Source: Candidatus Nanopelagicales bacterium (GTDB lineage Bacteria > Actinomycetota > Actinomycetes > S36-B12). Taken from it: 39,223 nt of DNA. The number at the start of each line of letters is the position of its first letter. Within the stretch, counting starts at the first letter, position 1. The stretch covers positions 1-39,223 of the forward strand of contig JBMOIL010000002.1 of assembly GCA_049317345.1 (NCBI GenBank). The letters are read 5' to 3'. The notes below the pieces were generated by a model. The model saw nothing but the letters and a program-made list of their open reading frames with translations. It ran no database searches and was not told the DNA's origin. Below are positions 8,215 to 17,020 of the stretch, one piece after another. The translations under genes and the position numbers were made by a program.

Positions 8215-8288
8215 GCCTCCGTAGTCCAATTGGCAGAGACGCCCGGCTTAAACCCGGTCCAGTGAGGGTTCGATCCCCTCCGGAGGCA
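8215..8288 (+). tRNA. tRNA with anticodon UAA (Leu codon UUA) but a class-I architecture with a 5-nt variable loop; isotype uncertain
   Basis: Hand fold:
- acceptor GCCTCCG/CGGAGGC
- D arm GTC-CAATTGGCAGA-GAC
- anticodon stem CCGG/CCGG with loop CTTAAAC (anticodon 8249..8251)
- variable loop CCAGT
- T arm GAGGG-TTCGATC-CCCTC
- discriminator A, no encoded CCA

A -10-like TAGGCT sits at 8203..8208. Confidence 0.8.
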
Positions 8289-8931
8289 CGTCGGCCGCCA
8301 GGCATATCGCCCGACCGAGGACGTCATCCAGCATCGGCTCCGTGAGCCGGCCGGTGAAGGTGTTCTGCTGGCTGGGGTGATAGCTGCCCACGAGCCATCG
8401 GTCGCCCACGCGTGCCGTCGCCCCGTGGCCGAACTTCGGTCGCGGCGAGGGCAGCGGCTCACCCAGGTCCGCGAGCGCGCGCAAGGCGGACTGCCACGCG
8501 AATCCGCCGAGGGCGACCAGTACGCGCGGTGAGGTGAGTGCGATCTCGCGCACGAGCCAGGGTGCGCAGGTGTCGCGCTCGTCGGGAGTCGGAGCATTGC
8601 CGGGCGGAGCGCAGCGCACCGCCGCGGTCACGCGCACGCCCGCGAGGGCCTGCCCGTCTCCCGCAGAGATCGAGGTGGGCAGGGCTGCCGCGCCGACGCG
8701 ATGCAGGGACGCGAAGAGCCAATCGCCGCTGCGGTCGCCGGTGAACACCCGCCCGGTGCGATTGGCGCCGTGCGCCGCTGGAGCAAGCCCCACGATGAGG
8801 ACCTGCGCCTGTGGGTCGCCAAACCCGGTGATGGGCCGACCCCAGTACTCCTCATCGCGGTACGCCGCCCTGCGCTCGCGCGCGACGTCTTCACGCCAGG
8901 CAACGAGGCGCGGGCAGGCGCGGCACTCCAC
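8248..8931 (-). CDS. Uracil-DNA glycosylase, family 4/5 type (UdgB-like, Fe-S cluster)
   Basis: 227 aa starting VECRACPRLV, with GLAPAAHGANRTGRVFTGD and GSYHPSQQNTFTG motifs. The start is GTG at 8929..8931. The last 41 nt overlap the tRNA gene on the opposite strand. Confidence 0.85.
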   Translation of the reverse strand: MECRACPRLVAWREDVARERRAAYRDEEYWGRPITGFGDPQAQVLIVGLAPAAHGANRTGRVFTGDRSGDWLFASLHRVGAAALPTSISAGDGQALAGVRVTAAVRCAPPGNAPTPDERDTCAPWLVREIALTSPRVLVALGGFAWQSALRALADLGEPLPSPRPKFGHGATARVGDRWLVGSYHPSQQNTFTGRLTEPMLDDVLGRAICLAADVPPEGIEPSLDRV

Positions 8932-9008
8932 GATCTCGGCGTCGAGCTCGGGGAGCGATGCAGCCGCGCGCGCCGTACGGCGTACGGACGCGGCCGTGCG
9001 GCAGACGA

Positions 9009-9701
9009 TCAGAAGGGGCCGTCCAGGCGGCGATGCAGGAAGTCGATCGTCCGCCCCCAGGCCAGCGCGGATGCCGTGGCGTCGTGCACCTCAGGACGAT
9101 CATCGTTGAAGAACGCGTGCTGCGTGCCGGCGTAGGTCTCCACCACAGCGGTGCCGGCGTGGGAGGCGATCTCCTCGGCGTAGCGCGCGATGTCGTCACC
9201 GGTCGACGGGAGATCGGCCTCGCACTGGTGGATCAGCGCTTCACGCCCGTCGTAGTTGGCCCAGGCCGGCCGGTAATTCGGCCACAGGATCGCCGGGTAG
9301 AAAGCGGCCGTGCAGTCGATATGGGGACTCACCGTAGGCGCGAGGAGCGCGAGCCCACCGCCCATGCAGAAGCCGACGCAGCCCACCTGCGCGCCGGTGA
9401 GCAGCCCGCTGCGCACGAGGTGATCAGCGGCCGCGGCAATGTCGTCGGCGGCACCGGCGACGCCCAGCCCCATCATGAGCTTCTTCGCCTCGTCGGGCTC
9501 TGTCGTCGCCACACCGTGGAAGAGGTCAGGCGCCAGAGCGACGAAGCCCGCCGCAGCCAGACGGTCGGCGACCGACTGGATGTGCGGCACCAGCCCCCAC
9601 CACTCCTGAATGACGATGACACCCGGACCCCGCCCCGCATCGGGGACGGCGAGGTAACCGGTGAGACCAGGGGTTCCGCTGGAGATATCGACACTGGGCA
9701 T
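9009..9701 (-). CDS. Dienelactone hydrolase family protein
   Basis: 230 aa with VIVIQEWWG, the nucleophile motif GFCMGG, and a C-terminal HAF. Length is typical for DLH. Confidence 0.85.
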   Translation of the reverse strand: MPSVDISSGTPGLTGYLAVPDAGRGPGVIVIQEWWGLVPHIQSVADRLAAAGFVALAPDLFHGVATTEPDEAKKLMMGLGVAGAADDIAAAADHLVRSGLLTGAQVGCVGFCMGGGLALLAPTVSPHIDCTAAFYPAILWPNYRPAWANYDGREALIHQCEADLPSTGDDIARYAEEIASHAGTAVVETYAGTQHAFFNDDRPEVHDATASALAWGRTIDFLHRRLDGPF

Positions 9702-9733
9702 GGCCGCAGCCTAGGCGAGTGCTTCGGACGCCG

Positions 9734-10744
9734 TCAGCCGGCGCTGGTGCGCTCGACCGGCACGGTGCTCCCGCGCACGACGAGCGTCGTGGGCACGGTG
9801 ATCTCGTCTGCGCTGTCGTCCTGTCCGAGCATCCGAGCGAGGAGGGCCTCCGCGGCAATACGACCCATCTGCTCGACCGGCTGCCCCACGGTGGTCAGAT
9901 CGAGCAACTCGGAGAGCTCGTGGCCATCGATGCTCGCGATCGCGATGTCACTGCCGTGGCGGATACCGTGCCGCTGCAGAGCGCGGATGGCGCCGAAGGC
10001 CATGTCATCGGACATGGCGAAGACCGCCGTGGGGGGATTGGGCTGGGACAGCAGGGAGGTCATCGCCGCCTCGCCACCGGCGACGGTGAAGTAGCCATGA
10101 GCCTCAAGTGACGATTCCGGCGTGAGCCCGGCGCCCTTCATCGCGGTGGCATAGCCGAGCGCGCGGCTCGCCTGGGAGGTCGATGCCTGGGGGCGGCCGG
10201 AGATGATCCCGATGCGCTCATGGCCGAGGTTGATGAGGTGCTGGGTGGCCATGCGCCCTGCAGCGGCGTCGTCAATGCACACGGACGGCACGCCGTGCCA
10301 CCGCACGCCGATGAAGCTCGTGGGCAGTCCGATCTCGAGCATGTCGGCGATCCGCGGGGCATCGGTCGGCAATGTCACAACGATGACACCGTCGACACGA
10401 CCACGCAGACGGCGTTCGGCGGGCAGGCCCGGACTCGTCGCGGGATCGCCCACCTCGTAGACGAGCAGATCGACATCGCTTTCCTGGAGCACATCGCTGA
10501 TGCCCGAGAGCACCGTGGAGAAGAACCATCGGTCGATGAACGGCGTGATGACCGCAACTGTGCCGGTGCGCCCACTTGCCAGCCGCGACGCACTCGGCGA
10601 GACGACGTAGTCGAGCTCGGCGGCAACCCGGCGCACACGCTCACGGGTCTCGGGATCGACATGGGGCAGGCCCCGCAGGGCGCGCGACACCGTCGCCGTG
10701 GAGACGCCGGCTGCCTGGGCGACGTCGCGGATGGTGATGGACAC
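9734..10744 (-). CDS. LacI family transcriptional regulator
   Basis: The N-terminal HTH is VSITIRDVAQAAGVSTATVSRALRG, followed by a periplasmic-binding-protein-like sugar-binding fold. GTG at 10742..10744 is preceded by GGAGGGG. The track ORF extends 17 codons further, to 10795. Confidence 0.88.
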   Translation of the reverse strand: MSITIRDVAQAAGVSTATVSRALRGLPHVDPETRERVRRVAAELDYVVSPSASRLASGRTGTVAVITPFIDRWFFSTVLSGISDVLQESDVDLLVYEVGDPATSPGLPAERRLRGRVDGVIVVTLPTDAPRIADMLEIGLPTSFIGVRWHGVPSVCIDDAAAGRMATQHLINLGHERIGIISGRPQASTSQASRALGYATAMKGAGLTPESSLEAHGYFTVAGGEAAMTSLLSQPNPPTAVFAMSDDMAFGAIRALQRHGIRHGSDIAIASIDGHELSELLDLTTVGQPVEQMGRIAAEALLARMLGQDDSADEITVPTTLVVRGSTVPVERTSAG

Positions 10745-10881
10745 GCTTCCCCTCCGCGCTACGACGCCGCGAAACGGCGCTGTCGGATACTGCAACGGCC
10801 TCGCTCGAAATCGGATACGGGCCTGGTCGGCGAGTGTACGGCGGCACGCCGCAACGCCGCAACCGCTTACACGATTAGGGC

Positions 10882-11826
10882 TCAGGCGGGCGGAGTGTCG
10901 GCGAGGCTCCGGGCCACCCCGTCGAGGATGTCGGTCTCACTCGCCATGATCGGCAGGCCCGTGCGACGCACGATGGCGCGAAGCACGAGGGCCCCGCCCC
11001 CGATGACATCGACCCGGCCCGGGTGCATCACGGCGAGGGCGGCCCTCTCGCTCCGAGGCATGGCGAGCAGGCGCGCGGCCATGGCCTCCACCTGGGCGGG
11101 AGTAGCGACGAGCCCGTGGATGGCCGCGGGGTCGTAGGCGGGAAGGTCATGGATCAGGGCAAGGACCGTCGTCACCGTGCCGGCGACGCCGATGAGGGAG
11201 CGGGCCCGATCAAGCGGCACCTCCGCAGCTGCGCGATCGAGGGCTGCCTCGACATCGGCCTCCACCCGTGCGATCTCCTCGGGGCTGGGTGGGTCCCCAT
11301 GCAGGTGACGCTCGGTCATGCGCACGCAGCCGATGTCGACGGAGATCGCGGCCTTCACATCGATGCGACCATCAGCGCCGCGATCGCCGAGGACGAACTC
11401 GGTGGATCCTCCGCCGATGTCCACCACGAGGGTCGGCATCGCGACGCGCTCGGGCGGCAGCCCCTCGACAGCCCCGCGGAAGGACAGCCGTGCCTCCTCG
11501 GCACCCGAGATGACCTCGGGCTCGACACCGAGCCGCGCGCGTACGCCGTCGACGAAGGCCGCGCGGTTACTCACATCGCGGCTCGCACTCGTCGCGACGA
11601 AGCGCAGGCGCTCGACACCGACGTCGCGCAGTGTCACGGCGTAGGCGTCGCAGGCCGCGAACGTGCGCTCCAGGGCAGCCTCGGAGAAGGCGCCCGAGCG
11701 ATCGACGCCCTCCCCCAGGCGCACGACCGTCATCTCGCGCACGACTTCATCCAGATGGGCGCCGTCTACATCGGCCACGAGCAGGCGGATACTGTTGGTG
11801 CCGCAGTCGATCGCCCCCACCCTCAT
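10882..11826 (-). CDS. ppx: Ppx/GppA family exopolyphosphatase
   Basis: Internal ATG at 11824..11826 gives MRVGAIDCGTNSIRLLVADV..., GEGVD, and DIGGGSTE. There is an ATGA overlap with the upstream stop. Confidence 0.9.
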   Translation of the reverse strand: MRVGAIDCGTNSIRLLVADVDGAHLDEVVREMTVVRLGEGVDRSGAFSEAALERTFAACDAYAVTLRDVGVERLRFVATSASRDVSNRAAFVDGVRARLGVEPEVISGAEEARLSFRGAVEGLPPERVAMPTLVVDIGGGSTEFVLGDRGADGRIDVKAAISVDIGCVRMTERHLHGDPPSPEEIARVEADVEAALDRAAAEVPLDRARSLIGVAGTVTTVLALIHDLPAYDPAAIHGLVATPAQVEAMAARLLAMPRSERAALAVMHPGRVDVIGGGALVLRAIVRRTGLPIMASETDILDGVARSLADTPPA

Positions 11827-12326
11827 GGAGTGCCCTCCTCGGTGGCGTCCGCGCACGAGTGGCCGACCCACCACTCCCCCACGAGAGCGCGCGTTTCATC
11901 GCCGAGCGGATTGACGCCGGGCCCCGCCGCGAGAGCATGCGCCAGGAGCACGTGCAGACACTTGACTCGCTCGGGCATACCGCCGGCCGAGACGCCATCG
12001 ATCTCCGGGACCTCGCCGAGAGCCGCGCGGGCCAAGAGGTAGGCGTTATGCGCGGCGGAGTACGCATCGCGGAGTTCGGGATCCCCTTCGAGCTTCGCCT
12101 CCATGTCGCGCATGACGCCGGTGCCCTCTAATCGACCCACGGCAGAGGACGCGCGCGGGCAGGTGAGGTAGTAGACGGTCGGGAAGGGAGTGCTGTCCGA
12201 CAGGCGCGGCGAAGTGGTGACGACATCGGGCTGCCCGCAGGGACAGCGGTGCGCGACGTCGATGACGTCGCGTGGATCACGGCCGAGCTGCCTGGCAATA
12301 GCGCTCCGGTCGTCCGGCGAGATCAC
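11823..12326 (-). CDS. DUF501 domain protein
   Basis: Contains RCPCGQP...YYLTCP...GGMPERVKCLH, typical of DUF501. GTG at 12324..12326 forms a GTGA overlap with the ftsB stop. The track start at 12371 would overlap ftsB by 49 nt. Confidence 0.8.
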   Translation of the reverse strand: MISPDDRSAIARQLGRDPRDVIDVAHRCPCGQPDVVTTSPRLSDSTPFPTVYYLTCPRASSAVGRLEGTGVMRDMEAKLEGDPELRDAYSAAHNAYLLARAALGEVPEIDGVSAGGMPERVKCLHVLLAHALAAGPGVNPLGDETRALVGEWWVGHSCADATEEGTP

Positions 12327-12700
12327 GACCGATCGGCCTGGAGCGTGGAGTCCCAGAGGCGGGAGTACCACGGCGCCTCATCTGCAGCGCGCTCTTGCTC
12401 AGGCACGATCGGACGATCGTCTTCACCGAGGACGACGTACCCGACCTCACCGGGGAATACGAAGTGGAGTCGACTCCGTGCCTGAGCGATGACGAAGGCC
12501 GGGTCCTCCCAGTCCTTGAGCTCTGCGCGCAGACTCTCGACTCGCTCGCGGGATTGGGCGACGTCGGCTTCAAGTGCGGCGATCTCGGCCTGCTGTGACA
12601 TCCACGCGCGCAGGGGAATTGCGAGAGTGACCACCAGGGCGGCCAGGACGAGCACGAGGATGGCCGCCCGGCCGGTCAGGGTAGGGCGGCGACCGGACAC
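12323..12700 (-). CDS. ftsB: Septum formation initiator family protein (FtsB/DivIC-like)
   Basis: 125 aa with an N-terminal TM helix followed by a coiled coil (QAEIAALEADVAQSRERVESLRAEL). It sits directly downstream of eno, as in other actinobacteria. Confidence 0.8.
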   Translation of the reverse strand: MSGRRPTLTGRAAILVLVLAALVVTLAIPLRAWMSQQAEIAALEADVAQSRERVESLRAELKDWEDPAFVIAQARSRLHFVFPGEVGYVVLGEDDRPIVPEQERAADEAPWYSRLWDSTLQADRS

Positions 12701-12712
12701 CCGGTCATGGTC

Positions 12713-14008
<1,296 letters not shown>

Positions 14009-14034
14009 CTATCGACCGAGCGAGCAGGCACGGA

Positions 14035-15663
14035 TCACAGGCCGAGGACAGCTCGCAGGTGCCGCGGGCCCAGCGAGCCGTGTTCGAGGACCAGGTCATG
14101 CAGGCGCCGGTCGCTCCAGTCCGGGTGCAGTACGCGCAGGTCGTCGATGAGCTGGCGGACCCCACGCCACCCGACGAAATACGTCGGCAACTGGGTCGCG
14201 GTGAGCAGCGCCCGGCGCCACTTGCCCGCAGCCTCGGCCTCCTCCTGGAAGCCACGCCTGCGCAGGAGCTCGATGGCACCCACCTCGTCGATGTCGCCTC
14301 CATGGACGCGCGCGTCCAGGATGGCATTGAGGGTGGCGCGCGCCTGCATCTTGAGTTGCTGCAGGCGCATCCGCAGCGGGGCCCTCGGATCATCATCGGG
14401 GGCGTAGCCGCGCTCGACGAGGAGTTCCTCCGCGTAGACCGCCCAGCCCTCGATGAAGACACCCGACGGCGCGAGACGACGAACCAGGGAGGTCTCAGCA
14501 GCCCGCGCCCGCGCGAGTTGGACCACGTGCCCGGGCATGGCCTCGTGGATGGCGAGGTCGTGCAGGAGGTCGGCGTTGTATTCGCGCAGGAAGGACTGCA
14601 CGCGCTCCGGCGACCAGTCATCCGGTGGCGGTGCCACCGCGACGACCGTGCGCAGGGGCGCTGTCTCCAGCGGTCCCGGGGCATCGCAATAGGCGACCGC
14701 GACGCCACGGTGGATCCGCGGCATGTCGACGACGTCGACCGGCTGCTCCGGCAGGGTGACCAGGTCATGTTCCTGCACGAATCGGGTGGAACGGTCCAGA
14801 GCCTGCCTGATGGTGGGCACCACCGTGTCGCGGTCGACCACGGCCCGCTCCGCCGCATCAGCCAGTGCGCGGCGCACGATGTCGGACGAGTGCACCGACT
14901 CCCCCAGGTACTCCGCAGCCGTCTCGCGCATGCGCGCCGTCACGTCGTCGAGATGAGCTTCGGCCATCTGGAGCACCTGCACCGGGGCGAGCTCCTCGTC
15001 GAGGTGGTGCCACAGGGCTGCGCTGTAGATCCTGACCCCGAGGCGGGGATCGCGGCGCGACTGCGGCAACTGCTCCGCGAGCCATGTCCCGTGCTCCTCC
15101 ACCGCGTCTCGCGCGCCGTCGACGGCAGCCGCATCGAGGGTGCCGAGGGCGGCGAGTTCGTCGAGGACCGAGTCGAATCCCTCCAGCCGCAAGAGAGCCG
15201 TCTCGACATGGATGGCCGACATGTCCTTCAAGGTTGTGCGCGCACTATGCAGGAATTCGGGAACGGCGCCCAGCCGCCCGTGGGCACTGTGCAGGCGCTC
15301 TTCGGGGGGCGCGAAGTCGCGGATGGCGAGCGCGTGCAGACCGCTGGCGGGATCCCACTCCAGCGGATCCCAGCGATAGCGCGCGATCTCGGATAGGTCG
15401 AAGGCGTCTGCAGCGAGGCGCGCGCGCAGCACCTCGAGATCCACCTGCTCGTCGACCGCGAGGGCGAGATCGTCGACTCCGTCGATGCGTTCGACTAGGG
15501 AATTGAGTTCGCGCACGTGAGCATCCACGGAGTTGCCCGTGAGATCGGGAAGCCGGTCATCGTGCTCGTGGTCACCCGCCTGGGTGCCCAGCACCGGATC
15601 GAAGGCGAGCACTGAATCGCGCGCCTGGAGGGCCAGTGCCGCGAGGTCTGCGGAAGCGCTCAC
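14035..15663 (-). CDS. DUF885 family protein (putative metallopeptidase-like)
   Basis: 542 aa. The HEAMPGHVVQ motif and overall length fit DUF885. There is a GTGA overlap with the mazG stop. Confidence 0.75.
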   Translation of the reverse strand: MSASADLAALALQARDSVLAFDPVLGTQAGDHEHDDRLPDLTGNSVDAHVRELNSLVERIDGVDDLALAVDEQVDLEVLRARLAADAFDLSEIARYRWDPLEWDPASGLHALAIRDFAPPEERLHSAHGRLGAVPEFLHSARTTLKDMSAIHVETALLRLEGFDSVLDELAALGTLDAAAVDGARDAVEEHGTWLAEQLPQSRRDPRLGVRIYSAALWHHLDEELAPVQVLQMAEAHLDDVTARMRETAAEYLGESVHSSDIVRRALADAAERAVVDRDTVVPTIRQALDRSTRFVQEHDLVTLPEQPVDVVDMPRIHRGVAVAYCDAPGPLETAPLRTVVAVAPPPDDWSPERVQSFLREYNADLLHDLAIHEAMPGHVVQLARARAAETSLVRRLAPSGVFIEGWAVYAEELLVERGYAPDDDPRAPLRMRLQQLKMQARATLNAILDARVHGGDIDEVGAIELLRRRGFQEEAEAAGKWRRALLTATQLPTYFVGWRGVRQLIDDLRVLHPDWSDRRLHDLVLEHGSLGPRHLRAVLGL

Positions 15664-16316
15664 GCGCCCTCCGCGTCGCGGATGCGCCGGGCCTGCCGGC
15701 GTACGGCCTCACGCAGCGCGGCCTCGGCGTCCCATCCGCGCGCACGACCCGCGGCGACGAGGACGAGCAGGAGATCCCCTAGTGCTTCCTCGTCATCGAT
15801 GTCCGCCGCGAGGTCCACCGCCTCCGGCAGAGGAATGTCCAGGTGCTCACTGCGCGCGAGAACCTTGCTCGCGCGCAATAGCGCGGGGAGAGCCTCGGGG
15901 ATCCCCTCCGTGACGGAGGCGCGACCCTTCTCCTGCGCCTTGAGTGCATGCCAGCGCGACTCCACATCGTCCGCGGTCGTGACGGCATCGCCGTCGTCGC
16001 TGAAGACATGGGGATGGCGGCGTACCAGCTTGGCGATGATGCCGCGGGCGACATCGTCGATGTCCCATGGATCATCCGCATCTTCCTGCGCGATGCGCGC
16101 ATGGAAGACCACCTGCAGCAGGAGGTCGCCGAGTTCTTCGCGCAGATCGTCGCGGTCACCGGACTCAATGGCCTCGACCGTCTCGTAGGCCTCCTCGAGG
16201 AGGTACTCGGCAAGGCTGCGATGCGTCTGTCGCGCATCCCACGGGCAGCCGCCCGGGGATCGCAGGCGATCCATGACGGCGACGAGCTCGCTGAGGCCGT
16301 CACTCGACTCCGCCAT
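15660..16316 (-). CDS. mazG: MazG nucleoside triphosphate pyrophosphohydrolase
   Basis: 218 aa with CPWDARQTHRSL..YLLEEAYE..EELGDLLLQV and RRHPHVF motifs. Confidence 0.92.
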   Translation of the reverse strand: MAESSDGLSELVAVMDRLRSPGGCPWDARQTHRSLAEYLLEEAYETVEAIESGDRDDLREELGDLLLQVVFHARIAQEDADDPWDIDDVARGIIAKLVRRHPHVFSDDGDAVTTADDVESRWHALKAQEKGRASVTEGIPEALPALLRASKVLARSEHLDIPLPEAVDLAADIDDEEALGDLLLVLVAAGRARGWDAEAALREAVRRQARRIRDAEGA

Positions 16317-16325
16317 GGCGTGAGC

Positions 16326-16967
16326 CTAGGGAGCCGGGAGGATCCCTGCGAGCGGATCCTCCACCTGCACCGTCGTCGACAGGTCGCTCGGAAGCGGGCC
16401 CACGGTCAAGGCGCCGGGATCCCACGTGCCAAATCTCGGGCTCACCGTGATGCCCTCCTGCAGGCCGAAGCCGGTGACGTACTGGACGACCGCCTGCTGC
16501 TGCCCCGTGGCGTCGGCGGCCTCGGGGGCCAGCACGACTCCAAGCTTCTGCACCTGCAGCGACAGCAGGACCTGCCCCTCGATGCCCGATGCAGGGACAT
16601 TGCTCTCCAAGAAAGCCGCCTTAACTCCCTCGGGGCCACCCAACTGTGCTTCGTACTCCGCGAGGGCCGCGTCGATCTCACCCTGGGTGACCGTGACCCC
16701 CGCGGCCGTGGATGCCTGGTCCACGAGCTCGGTGATGACGAGGCGCTGCAGGACACCGAGGGTGAGGGCAGAGTCCGGTGCCCCCGGCGTGCCGCCGCGC
16801 TCCTGCTGGATCGCCTCGGTGTCGGAGGCGAGAGTCTGTGTCGAGATCTGCGCGTCACCGACGGTAGCGGCGGATCCCGCATCCCCGAGGCCTCCGCAGC
16901 CGGCCAACGTCACACTGGCACCGAGCGCCAGGCTGACCGCCAGCGCCACGATTCCTCGCCGCCTCAT
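16326..16967 (-). CDS. Lipoprotein, SurA-N-terminal-domain-like
   Basis: Internal ATG at 16965..16967 gives MRRRGIVALAVSLALGASVTLAGC, a lipobox signal peptide. An alternative ATG at 17022..17024 would form an ATGA overlap with the mfd stop. Confidence 0.7.
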   Translation of the reverse strand: MRRRGIVALAVSLALGASVTLAGCGGLGDAGSAATVGDAQISTQTLASDTEAIQQERGGTPGAPDSALTLGVLQRLVITELVDQASTAAGVTVTQGEIDAALAEYEAQLGGPEGVKAAFLESNVPASGIEGQVLLSLQVQKLGVVLAPEAADATGQQQAVVQYVTGFGLQEGITVSPRFGTWDPGALTVGPLPSDLSTTVQVEDPLAGILPAP

Positions 16968-17020
16968 CGTGGTCACGATGCTCCCGTTCCCTCGTGCGTG
17001 CTCACGCACCGACTGATGTC

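Noticed and set aside
8059-8229. N-terminal extensions of track ORFs that cross tRNA genes: 7162..8229 across the tRNA at 8215, and 33804..34565 across tRNA-Ala.
   Set aside because: Internal ATG starts with strong Shine-Dalgarno sequences give proteins with sensible N-termini (a BI-1 family start, a signal peptide). The extensions are Arg/Pro-rich and overlap structural RNA genes.
8215-8288. The tRNA genes as attachment sites for an integrated island or prophage.
   Set aside because: The window contains no integrase, recombinase, transposase or phage genes. I found no second copy of any tRNA 3' half that would mark an att repeat.
14035-15663. DUF885 gene inserted between eno and mazG as a candidate novel function.
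   Set aside because: It belongs to a widespread, already catalogued (if poorly characterised) family. It is a single gene coupled to mazG and shows nothing unusual in the sequence itself.
15660-16316. MazG as part of a mazEF-type toxin-antitoxin or defence module.
   Set aside because: This is the standalone housekeeping NTP pyrophosphohydrolase in its conserved mfd-eno neighbourhood. No MazE- or MazF-like ORFs are adjacent.
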